Positions 42,750 to 54,274 of a stretch of 64,000 nt of DNA are shown here, one piece after another. The notes under the pieces were generated by a model. It worked only from the letters and a program-made list of their open reading frames with translations. It was not told the DNA's origin and did not search any database. Within the stretch, counting starts at the first letter, position 1; every line of letters starts with the position of its first letter. This DNA is from Vicugna vicugna (Eukaryota). Location of the stretch: assembly GCA_013265495.1 (NCBI GenBank), contig MU058645.1:310001-374000 (forward strand). The letters are read 5' to 3'. The position numbers and the translations under genes were made by a program.

Positions 42750-45700
42750 GCCAGTACCTTCCCACAGGAACTACCCGAGAGAACTCATTTCAGGATTTTC
42801 CTACCTTTCCACAGGAAAACATGTAAGGCAGCAAGAACAAATCAGAGAAGGTGCGTTCAGCCAACTAGGAAAAAGAGAAAACAGAAATTACGAACGACAT
42901 GACAGTGCCCTCAAAAGCAGCAAAGACCATCAGATCCAGCAGGGAGGCACGAGCAAGGTAACAGGATGTGGGCAGCGAAGAACTGGAAGAAGAGAAGGTG
43001 CCTAGTAGTGAAAGATGGCAGGAGTTTCCGGGAAATGTGCGGAATCGGAGAGCTCTGTCTTCAGTTAGGACAGCTATGAGTTGGGCTAAGACTGAACCAA
43101 GGGCAAATACTTGGACAGCACAAGCAGGAAGTAATAAAAGTGCTAAGAGCCCGACAGGCGACAGCTAAAAAGATGAACAAACACAACTCCTGAAGCACTT
43201 GGGCCACCGGGGAGGGCAGGGATTGCTCAACCCGGGAACAGTGGCCCGTGAAAGAGGAAGCACACAAGGCTGATGTGAAAGCCGTCCGACACCTGTAAGG
43301 GCCTAAGGAAGAAAGCAGGAGAAGATACCCCGGGTATTTCTGCATTGTTGAAAACAATAGTTCTCCTCTGAGGAAGGAACTTTCTGCCTCTGGGGGAAAG
43401 GAAACAAGTCCATCAAGCACAGAGTAGCAAACAGGAAGCCCACAGTGCCGAGGGGAAGGGCAGAAGGAAGTGCCCTCTGCCCCTGGGCAAGTGCAGAACA
43501 TCACCCTCAACCCAGACAGTTAGAGATGCCCCATTGCTGGGAGAGACGCGGGCTCAACAGGGGCATAGGGTGTCAGGCAGAGGCTGAGTCAGGGAAACAG
43601 AATCCCCATGCGCCATGGCCAAGGCTACCGAGCACCAAGGAACAAGAATCTCTGTTGCTGAAGAAGGGGAAGAAATAAGAAACTAGACCCTCTCTGGGGT
43701 AAGGTGCAAAGGCAAGACCAAAAGCTGTGGCTGGAGAGGAACACTGAGGTAAGACTCTGGAAAATGGCCCAGAACCTAAGCACCAGCTAACACTGGGGGA
43801 ATCTGAAGTCAGTGGTAAACTGAAGGCAGACATGGAAACAACAAATTCCAAATCCAGACCAACTCCTGACTGCATTTATTCTATCCCCCATCACCACCAA
43901 CAATGCCAATGCTGAGAAATAAGCATGCCTGTTTCCAGACACAGATGCTGCTCACCATAGTTGCTAGTAAAGTCTCACCCACACTATGAACATCAATCAA
44001 AAACTACAGGATCAAGGGAAAATAACAAACAAACAAAAACCTTCCAATAGAGCAGTTAACAGAATCAGATACAGAAATGATGTAGATATTGAAACTGCTG
44101 GTAAGTGAATTCAAAATTACAATGAAAAATAAGTTCATAGTGGAAGAGGCAGACAACATGCATGCAGGAACAGATGGACATTATAAGAGAGAGAGAAGAA
44201 CAAAAAGAGTAACATGGAAATGTAGTGTGTATGACTTTCCTATTGCTGTTGCAACAAATTATCCCCAAATTGGTGACTTAACAAAAAAGTATTATCTTAC
44301 AGTTCTTGGTATCAGACCTGAAAGGGGTGCATTGGCCAAAAAATCAAGACTGGCAGAGTGACATTCCTCTCCGGAGGCCGTTGGGGGGCATTCACCTCCC
44401 TGCCCTCGCAGCTCACAGAGGCTGACCGCGTTCTCTGGCCCTAGGCCCACCTGTTTTCTTCAAAGCCCAAAATGGTCAACTGAGTCTTTCTAAAATTACA
44501 TCACTCCGACACTAAATCTTCCAGCTCCATCTTTCACACTGAAGGACCCTGGAATTACCTTTGGCCCACCAAGATAATCCAGAAAAATCTATTTTAAATT
44601 CAGTTTATTAGCAACTTTGATTCCATCTGCAAACTTGATTCCTATTGCCATGTGCTATATACTAAATGTTTGTGGACCTTCTCTTCAAATTCAGATGTTC
44701 AAACCCTAATGACCACGGTGATGGTATTAGGAAGTGGGAGAAGTAATTGTGTCATGAAGGTGCAGATCTCATGAATGGGCTTAGTGCCCTTATAAAGAAC
44801 ACAGAGAGCACCCTCTCCCCTTTAGACACTGCATCTTCCAGTGCCTTGATCTTGGATTCCCCAGCCTCCAGAATTGTGGGGTAATATTCTGCTGTTCTGA
44901 ACCACTGAGGTTCACAGAGCATTCAGGCATCATAAGCTGTGGAGCAATATCAAAAGGTGGGATGTACGAGTTGTTGCAGTCCCAGGCAGGAAAGAATTTG
45001 AATAGAAGAGAAGAGATAATTGAAGAGCTAACAGCTGAGAATTTTCCAAATATAAAGAAAATATAAAGCATAAACTCAAGAAATTTTGAAAACATCAAGC
45101 CAGACAAGTACAAGTACAAGTACAAGAACATCTGAGCACTTCATATTCAGATTGCTAAGGTTGCCGAAGGCAAGACAATGCCGTGGACTAAAGGTAAAAA
45201 GTACAGCATACTTTTATCATAAATTATACAACCAGGAGAAGATGGTATGGCATCTTTAAAGGGCTGAAAGAAAATTACAGTTGTCAATCCAGAATTCTAT
45301 ACCCAGACAACTGTCAAAAATAAGGGGCAGGAAAGCCTTTTTCAGACTAGCGAAAACAGAGAATTCATAAATGAAACCTTCACAATAAGACATGTTAAAA
45401 AATTTCTTGAGGCAAAAGGAGTTTTATACCAACATCAGCTTTGACCTACAAAAAAGAAGAAATGGTTCCCAGAAATGGTAAATGAAGGAAGACACAGAAT
45501 GTTCTCTTTATTTCAAATAGCTGTAAAAAAAGTATTGGCTGCCTGAAACAAAATTGGTAGCGGTGAATTGTTGGTCAATAGTCTGAACAATAGTAAAAAA
45601 TGACAACAATGACAAAGAAAATGAAAGAAAGTAATGGCAACTCTACCATTTCAAGGTGCTTACATGACATGTGCAGCCATCTACAACTATTTGAACATAG

Positions 45701-45780
45701 AATGCAGTTAATTAAACTTTTATACTGTAATCCTAGGAAGAATGTTTAAAAAAAAAAACAAACAGATTTCTAATCAGCTA
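42750..45780 (+). mobile_element. Old L1 5'/ORF1 remnant with nested MaLR LTRs (~44225-44920)
   Basis: ORF1-like ctgagaattttccaaat and tggcatctttaaagggctgaaag. MaLR motifs tcctattgctgttgcaacaaatta and gatggtattaggaagtggg. Confidence 0.55.
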
Positions 45781-47543
45781 TTTAAAATAGGCTAGTAGTG
45801 GAGTTAAAATGGGTTACTGAAAAACACTTCCTGTTTCTTCCAGGCAGAAAATACCCTGCTTGATAAAATGATGACAAATTTAAGGAAATGAATGCATAAA
45901 AAGGGAAAGAATAGAATTTATCTCCCTGGGGTGACCGCAGATGCAGTGGAGAGGAGACCTCTGAAGCTTATAAAAGCAGCTTGCACTCCCTGTTTGACTC
46001 CTCACATAGACCGTGAGCTCTTGCTCTATTAGTATTTGTATTGTCAGTGCCAAGAATACGTTCTGGCTTATAGGACATACCTGATAAATTAATGCGCTGT
46101 TACACTCCAAAATTTAACACCTCCAAGCGTTCTCCTCACTCTACCATATGACACGTTCCTTCCAGAGCCCCTCACGTTCTATTATATGGCTTGTATGTTT
46201 TCTCCGGATTGGAGAATCATCAGTTATAGCTTGGTTCATTGAGTCATACCGTGTCATTACTCATTCTTAAATATTTCCAAGAGAAAGGTTACGAAGGCAG
46301 ATAAAATTTGATTTATAAGTCCAGGAATAAAAAGAGTAAGCCATAGTGGAACAATCAACAAAATATCCTTTCAGAGGATTCATAACAGTAAGAAACAATA
46401 AAAAGCAAAGTGCTTAAATTCTGCATTAGAAACTATAAGACTAGCATTGAAAATATTCATCATCAAAAGTGATTTACTGAATAAAGGTTTACATGCAAAT
46501 TCTATGTCATTATTTAAAGGAATAGCTGGATTTGTATAAAAATCATTTGGAGAATCTTATTATAGGAAAAAATATACCGGCAGTGCTGCATCTCAGAAAC
46601 ATATCTCTTGCCCGGAATGTACATTAATCAGAATTCCCATCAGTTTCAAAACATTAGAAAAATACTCCCCAGACTTTTGTCTGTCTCAAGAATTCAAGTT
46701 GGTTTGCATGCTAGTTGGAGCTCTTTACTTGTTGAAGGAAATAGATACCAATTCAAGTTCATTTAAGCCCACATGAGGATTTTACTGTGATGTTTCCCTG
46801 TGTCTTGGAAACTGAGGCAAGAATGCAGTGAGATTTCAGGAGAACCTGGGGAAGGACAGCTGTCAAGGACTCAGTTCTTTTTCTGACTGTCAGCACCACA
46901 TCTCTGTGCACCTGCTCCTTTTCCTCTCACTGTTCCTCAAACTGCATGACCATTCAAGCCGTGAAATATGCCTATTATAATTTGAATCCCATGAAAAGAC
47001 TCTCTCCTTTAGGTGCAATTGCAGATTGCCCGATGTGGAGTAGAATTGACCTTGGCTTCCATGAAGGTGTCCTCTCCTAGCAGAAGAGCTGCCATGAGGA
47101 AGCAGGGGTTTATTCACTGAGTCTCATTTTACAAAATGGCTCATGGATCTACCATTGAAAGTGAGAGGAAAAGTTAAGAGAGTCCCTATTCACAATATAT
47201 TTTAACATAGACTGAACCTACTTAATAGTAAGCTTGATGTCATCTGTGTTCTGCTGTACAGTGACTCAGATTGACCATCTCTTGTGATGCAATGAAAGAG
47301 AAGAGGTGGAGAGATGGTGTAGGGAACATTGTCAGGGAGGCAGGGACCTTTTCCCCAAATTTTCCTTCTTTTTCCTTTTTTTTCCCAAGAAGAATATCCA
47401 AATAAATATCCCTGAAAAGACTAGCCTTGGAATTCTAAATTGTCTATTCACTTTCAAAATCTTAATCTAGGTATATGCAGTGCGGTGCAATGTTCAGAAC
47501 CATAAAGACCCAAGTACAGATCCTGAAATTCCCACTGACCAGT

Positions 47544-48174
47544 TGAAGCAGGAAGGGGGCAGGGCACAGCCATTCAAGGAAGGCCACAGCAATTAACACC
47601 AAATGGTGGAAGAGTCAACCCCCAGCAGGCCTTGAGGCTCGGGATGGTGGGAGATTTAACTTCTAGCAGAGCTTGAGCTTCATTGTAGGCCCCTTGTAGT
47701 ATCAGCAGGGCAAATAACATGCCCACAGGCACCAGGCAGCCCCAAGGCTAGGCACCGCAGGTCAGAGTGGGAAATGGCCAACTTCCTGGGAATCCGGGCC
47801 CGTTCCCCAGGCCACTTAGACTGGCTCTTCCACTTATTAGCATATGAAGCCACCACGCCCATAAAAATTGGCGACACGGCAACATGGCAACTCGCGGCCG
47901 CCCCTCTCTCTCTCTGTTCAGAGCCTGCCTGCACTCTGTTTATGGAGTGTGTACCTGTTTTTAATCTGAGCACCCAACCCCCACACCTCGTGGCCTTTCT
48001 CTTGCCTTTCAGTGTATCTCTCTGAATAAATCTACCTTCCCTCAACTGTGGCTCGCTCTTGAATTCTTTCCTGCGCAAAGGCAAGGACCCACATCTGGCG
48101 GGGCACGTCCCAGGGGCTCAACCGAGGCCTGGGACAGGGCCCTCCTCACGCCGCACATCTGTTTTCCTGCATCA
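47544..48174 (+). repeat. 5' LTR (631 bp)
   Basis: Terminal inverted repeat TGAAGCAGGA...TCCTGCATCA (9/10). TATA-like CATAAAA at ~47860 and AATAAA at 48025-48030. Homologous to 54275-54900. Confidence 0.95.
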
Positions 48175-48180
48175 TATCTT

Positions 48181-48198
48181 CGGAGCCCAACGTGGGGC
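48181..48198 (+). promoter_or_regulatory. Primer binding site, tRNA-Lys1,2 (CUU)-like
   Basis: CGGAGCCCAACGTGGGGC matches the Lys1,2 PBS TGGCGCCCAACGTGGGGC at 16/18. It lies 6 nt after the LTR end. Confidence 0.85.
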
Positions 48199-49167
48199 AT
48201 TTACGTAAGGAAACGGGGCTCAAAGGGCCTACTCTCGGCTCCCCTCTCTTCGGGGGGGTGGCAGGCGGTTTCTCCCCACTGTGCAGATTCAAGTAGCCCT
48301 TAGGTGGCGGCTGACGCGGCCTGCACGATCTCGCAGAAACCAGCTCTCTAGCCGCGAAGGAGCCCACCGAGCCCAAGGCCTTTCTGCCCTCAATCTTTTC
48401 TCGTCTCTCGTCTATCGCTCTGTCTCTTCAGAGTCCAGAAGACCCACCAAGGAAACCACTCAGACTAAGACCGCGTGGCGAGTAATCGGCAACCGGGCTG
48501 GGTGAGCTTCCCCTGTGGTTCCTTAAGCCCAATTCCCCTTCCCTACATGGTCTTGGTCCAGGTCTGGGACGCCAGAACTGCAACAGGGGAGCCACGTTAG
48601 GGGACGCCAGGAGCTCCCCTCTAAAAATTTGCAGCCTGGCCCTCCCCGAGTGCCCTCGGGGCGCAGGGCCTCATCGCATCTGTCGGCGGGCGTCATGGGC
48701 AGGCACCCCCCTGCGGGTCGCGGTTCCCAGCACCCCTCAGCGGGATCACGGGTTTCAGCACCCCGTGGTGGGGTCGCAGGTTTTAGTTCCTCTGAGTGGG
48801 AATTGCGGGTGGGCGCTCCCTTCGTGGGTCGGTTTTTGCACCCCGCCCGGGGTTGTGGTTTCGTTATACCCCTGAGGAGGAGTTGCCGGTGGGCAGCCCC
48901 TCAGTGGGCCTGAGGATCTCTAGTCTAGGAAGCGTTGTGGCTACAGCACTCCTGTTTTGTCCTAGATTTTGACCTTTTGAAGCTATTTTGTTTCCCCTTT
49001 TGCAAAAGGTAATTGGCTTAGTTGACTCAGGACCTAGGTCCCCTCCTTCCCTCTAAAGGACTTAGGCCCTGGGGCTCTAGTCACATTTTTCCCCCCTGGC
49101 TCTTGTTCCTTTCCTTAACTAGTCCAAAGGGGCACCTCAGGCTCACGGACAGGACATCCTAACCAAG

Positions 49168-50041
49168 ATGGGGACAACTGAAGTGTCCCATAGGAGTCCC
49201 CATTAGGATGCATGTTAATAAACCGGGAAAAGTTTAAACAGGATAGTTTGAGAAAAAGGGAGCTAATTTGCCTTTGTAATACTGCATGGCCCCCATACAA
49301 ACTAGGGGACCAAGAGGTCTAGCCAAAGGATGGGTCATTAAATTGCAATACCGTCTTACAGCCAGACCTGTTTTGTAAAAGAGGAGGTAAACAGGGGGAA
49401 GTCTCGTGTTTCCAAATGTTCCTGACCTGAACCCACACCCAGGTCTAGGGAACTCCCGCCAAGTGTGCCTGGCCCGCGTGCCCTCAAAGCATCTCCCCCA
49501 ACCAGAGCTTGATATTCTAGATGACTCCTGTGGGTCCAGTTCCCTGAGGCCGACAGCCAGAACTTTTACCTCCCTCGACTCTGAGAGGGGACAGTCTTCC
49601 CAATCATCTTCCCCTAAGGCCCCTTCTGGGCAGCAGGGGACCCCAGACCCCTATGAATGAGCTCATGGATCTGGCGTGTAAAGTACTTAACAATAGAGAC
49701 AGGGCTAAAGAGGCAAGAAGGATTCAGGGACAACAGCAAAAGGCACAACTATCAGTGGCAGCCTTAATCCCTGCACCACCTCAGGGCGACCCTCCACAAA
49801 GACCCATGGTGAGGACAGGAGCTAGGACGCCTGGATCAGAGCCACTCTCTTGCCAAAAAGGGACCTGTTTTAAGTGTAGCCAGGAGGGCCACTGGAAAAA
49901 TGAATGCCCCATGTATGGGGACAGCCCACTGGGACCCTGCTCCATGTGCAAACAAAAAGGCCACTGGAAGTGGAGCTGCCCCCATCCTGAAGAGGGCTTG
50001 GGGCTCCCAAACCAATGATGGCTGAGATGACTGAAGACTGA
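49168..50041 (+). pseudogene. gag: ERV gag remnant: MA, internal deletion of most of CA, NC with two CCHC knuckles
   Basis: ATG-GGG start. MA-like SPLGCMLINREKF...CNTAWPPY...GSLNCNTVLQPDLFCKR with frameshifts and a stop. CA C-terminal-like PMNELMDLACKVLNNRD. Knuckles CFKCSQEGHWKNEC (49866-49907) and CSMCKQKGHWKWSC (49938-49979). TGA at 50039-50041 precedes the protease frame. Confidence 0.9.
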
Positions 50042-50370
50042 CGGGGCCTGGGACCCTCCCTGTCTCCTACAGGACACTTGGTCATTTCTCTGGAGGAGCC
50101 TTGGGTAACCTTTGATGTGGCAGGTAAAAAAGTTGTCTTCTTACTAGATACAAAAGCCGCCTACTCTGTGCTGATCTCCCTGGACCCTTGTCCTCCCAAT
50201 CCTGTGTAGTAACGGGGATTGACAGAAAGCCCCAAAGCAAGCGATTTACACCCCCCCTTAGCTGCCTGCTATAAAATTTTACCTTTGCTCATCAGTTTTT
50301 GCTCATGCCTGAGTGCCCCATCCCCTTGTTGGGAAGGGATTTACTCACTAAATTCCAGGCAGTAATACAA
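50042..50370 (+). pseudogene. pro: ERV protease remnant
   Basis: EPWVTFDVAGKKVVFLLDTKAAYSVL (DTG changed to DTK at 50147-50155) and FLLMPECPIPLLGRDLL. Frameshifted. Confidence 0.9.
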
Positions 50371-53300
50371 TTTGGAGACCCTCATGAAGAAGACACCCAC
50401 CAAGAAAAACCACTGCCCTTGGCCTTGGGAACCCACCTCCATACTAAACCAGAAGAGGTCTCCCTTCCACCCCCTATTGTTTCTCAAGTAAACCCTGCTG
50501 TCTGGGACACAGAGGTCCCTGACCAGGTCACTAACATGCTTCCAGTTCAGATCTCGTTAAAGCCAAATGCTGATTACCCACGGAGAAGACAGTATCCCTT
50601 GAGGTCTGAGACCCAACGAGGTACCCAGCTTTTAATAACCAAGTTTTTAAAGTGCGGGCTGTTACGACCCTGCCAGTCTCCATGTAATACTCCTATCCTG
50701 CCCATCAAAAAGCAAAATGGAGAGAGAATACCGGTTTGCTCAGGACCTGAGGGCAGTTAATGAGGCAACGGTTCCAATCCACCCAGTAGTCCCTAATCCA
50801 TGCACTTTATTGACAAAGTCCCAGAAAATGTGACCTGGTTCACAGTGCTAGATCTAAAGGATGCTTTCCTTTGCATTCCTCTGCATCCAGACTCCCAAAA
50901 CCTCTTTGCCTTTGAGTGGACAGATCCAGACACTTGCAGTGTTTCCCAGCTAACCTGGACTGCGCTGCCCCAAGGCTTCATGGACAGCCCTCACTTGTTT
51001 GGAAATGCATTAGCAAAGGGGTTGAGAGAATTAGAATGGACGAACGGCTCTCTCTTACAGTATGTGGGTGATCTCCTAATTTGCAGCCCCGCTAGAGAGG
51101 ATTCAGATAAAAACACTATTCAGGCTCTCAACCTCCTAGGGGAATGAGGATATCGAGTCTCTCCCCATAAGGCCCAGGTTTCCGTGCAGCAGGCTAAGTA
51201 CCTGGGATGTACACGCTCCCCTCTAGCCCAGGACCAAAAGGAAGCTATTATGACCCTTCAACCCCCCTCCCCCTGACTAAGAGGCAACTGAGGGCCTTCC
51301 TGGGGATGGCGGGATCTTGCAGGATCTGGATACCCGGATTTGGGCTTATCGCAAAGCCTCTTTCAAGGCCCTAAAGGGGGCTGACCATGAGCCCCTAAAC
51401 TGGGATAAAAGTTGTCAACAGACAACTTATCTTTAATGCAAATATTGGACCTGCCCCTGCACTGGGTCTCCCAAACTTGGAAAAGCCTTTTATGCTCTAT
51501 ACAGCTGAGAGGCAAAGAAGAGCTTTGGGCGTCCTCACCCAGGAGCCCGGGGGCCTGCCTAGACCGACAGCTTGTTTCTCAAAACAACTTGATCAGGGGC
51601 CGCAGGGTGGCCAGGATGTCTCAGGGCAGCAGCTGCCACTGCTCTGTTAGTAGATGAGCCCAATAAGCTTGCCCTGGGTCAGCCCCTGGAAGTTCTAACC
51701 CCCACCAGGGACAAGGAGTCTTGGAGACCAAAGGGCACCCCTGGCTGGCAGGTGGGCGGTACTTAAATACCAAGCCCCCTACTTGGTTCCCCAGACAGAA
51801 TGCTTGAAGTTTGTCAGGTTTTAAATCCAGCCACTCTAATGCCAGGTCCTCCATCCCAGGAATCCATTCTTCACTCCTGTGTGGAGACTATGGAACAAGT
51901 TTACTCCAGCCGGCCAGAGCTCAGGGCTGAGCCCCTGTCCAGTCCGGGTGCAGAATGGCTTACTGATGGAAGCAGCTTTATGCACAACGGAACAAGGCGA
52001 TCTGGCTACGCTGTAGTCAACCTGCAGGCAGCCGTTGAGTCTGGAGCTCTGTCCCTCCCCCGACTTCTGCCCCGAAGGCTGAACTAAGCGTGTTGGTCAG
52101 AGCGCTCCAGTTAGAAAAAGGCTTACGAATCGACATCTATACTGACCCTAAATATGGCTTACTGGTGTGACATGCCCACGCTGCCACATGGAAAGAGAGG
52201 GGACTGCTGACAGCCAGGGGGTCCCCTATCAAACACCAGGCAGAAACTCTAAAACCCCTAGAAGCAGTCCAGCTTCCTAAGGAGGCTGCGGTCGCACACT
52301 GCAGGGGACGCCAAAAGGGCGATTCTGCCCTGATAACGGGAAACGCCTCGCAGACAAGGCGCTGAGGCTGCAGCCAGAGCACAGCCAGGCTCACAGCTGC
52401 AGGTCTCCCAGCTGAGGGCCAGCCTCACCTAGCGGCGCGTCCTCTGCCCCTGAAGCGGGCGGTGGGCAAACACAGGGCGCTAGAGAAGAACCTCTCTGGG
52501 TGGCTGACAAAAGATAGTAAGTTCCTCATTCCTGGGGACAAAGAGTGGAAAACAATTAAGCATCTCCAGGAGTCCACCCACCCAGGGCGGGACCCCATGC
52601 TCAGACTAACCTCTCGGGTGTCCCTAGGCAAGGGGCTGTCCCAAGTGGTTAAGGAAGTCACTGGGGCTGTAAACTCTGTGCCCGCAATGACCCAGGGAGT
52701 CACCCTATACCCCCACCCCCACTCTGGCCCACACAACATCGAGGAACTTATCCTGGGGAAGGTTGGCAGATGGACTTTGCCCAGACGCCCCCTTGTGAGG
52801 GACGGAAGTACCTGCTGGGACTCACAGGCACCTTTGCAGGGTGGGGAGAGGCTTTCCCACCAGAACGGAAAAAGCAACAGACGTGTCAACATTTCTGCTC
52901 AAAGAAATAGCCCCGAGGTTTGGGCCACCAAAAAGCTTACCGAGTGATAATGGACCCTCCTTCACTGCCACGGTGACTCAACAGGTTTCCTCCGCTCTGG
53001 GTGTTAACTATCGCCTCCACTCTTCCTGGAGGCCCCAGTCCTCAGGCACGGTTGGAAAAAGCAAATCATGTCCTAAACAGAACACTTGCTAAGCTGTGCC
53101 AGGAGACGTCAGAAACCCGGGTCCCCCTCCTGCCTATAGCCCTTTGAAGAATAAGGACGGCCCCTAAGGGAATTTTAAAACTCAGCCCATTTGAAATGAT
53201 GTACGGAGGCCATTTTTAACTGCAGATTTCCTGTTTGATGAGGAGACCCATAAACTATTCTCCCACATTGTTAGCTTGAGCCAAGTTCAAAGAGACCTCC

Positions 53301-53611
53301 AGGAATAGGGAAGCAAAGGGCTGCCCTTTCCCGCAGAGGAAGAAGTTAACGTCCGTCCAGTCGGGGGACTTGGTCTTAGTGAAAGCATGGAAGGGGGGTC
53401 CCCTGAAGACCAGCTGCAACCAAAGTGGAAGGGACCACATCAGGTGACACCGAGCACCCCAGCTGCCGCTGAGCTACGAGGGGCTGCAAGTTGGGTCCAT
53501 GTGTCCAGAATAAAACTAACTTACCAGCCCCGACAGCAGCCAGGAGACACCTACACTTGCGAGACAATACAAAACCTCAGGTGCCTGTTTAAGGGAAACA
53601 AGACCATGTAG
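50371..53611 (+). pseudogene. pol: ERV pol remnant (RT, RNase H, integrase) with multiple frameshifts and stops
   Basis: RT: SPCNTPILPIKK, QDLRAVN, WFTVLDLKDAF, LPQGFMDSPHLFG, QYVGDLL (51061; YVDD changed to YVGD). RNase H: WLTDGSSF, IYTD. IN: WQMDF, SDNGPSF, WRPQSSG, WKGPHQV. Confidence 0.93.
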
Positions 53612-54264
53612 CGATGACTACAACAGTTCATACTTGCTTAATAGATCCAATTACAGCTCCTAAAGTAACTATTTTAAAATACAGTGGGAAGGATGTATGT
53701 TTTCAGTAAAAGTGTTTCATAAATTACAAAAATTCATGCATAATCAGGATTTTAAATATTTAACAAATTCTAAAAGTTCTTTGTAGCTCCAGCTAACTTT
53801 GAGATGCTTTAAAGGAAACCTGGGGCATCTTAAACATTAAGTTAACTTGGATTTTTTTAATATGCTATGTTAAGTATAATCAGTCATAATTCTAGTAATC
53901 ACAAACAAATCTCTTTATCAATTACAGATGTTTAACCATGACTTTTAAGTCTTTTTGTCATTAGACTGTCAAGCTGCTGTTACAGAGGTGCTTCACATTA
54001 AGAAAACTCATCAGAAGTCCATGGAGACAGTGGGCTTCAGCAGCCCCACATCAGATGCTGGCTGTGCGAGGATGCCAGCCCACACCCTCAGCCCTCGGAT
54101 GCAAAAACAAAAGGCTGTTCTGCCCCGGGGCCCCTAGATTAGGCATCCAGAGCTTTCTACTCCCTGCTAGGCAGGGTCAACGCCCCTACTCAGCCTAGAA
54201 GCAGTTTCAGAAGACGGACCTGCCCCCCTCTGCAACCCCATAAGATTACGTGAGTAAAACGTCT

Positions 54265-54274
54265 GAGGCGGGAA
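54265..54274 (+). promoter_or_regulatory. Polypurine tract
   Basis: GAGGCGGGAA immediately upstream of the 3' LTR TG. Confidence 0.75.

Noticed and set aside
45969..45976. Perfect TATAAAAG box with TGTTTGAC nearby
   Set aside because: Short motifs are expected by chance in 64 kb of AT-rich DNA, and no downstream exon is supported.
53955..54137. 60-aa ORF at the env position
   Set aside because: No signal peptide, fusion peptide, immunosuppressive domain, CX6CC or TM segment, so it cannot be called env.
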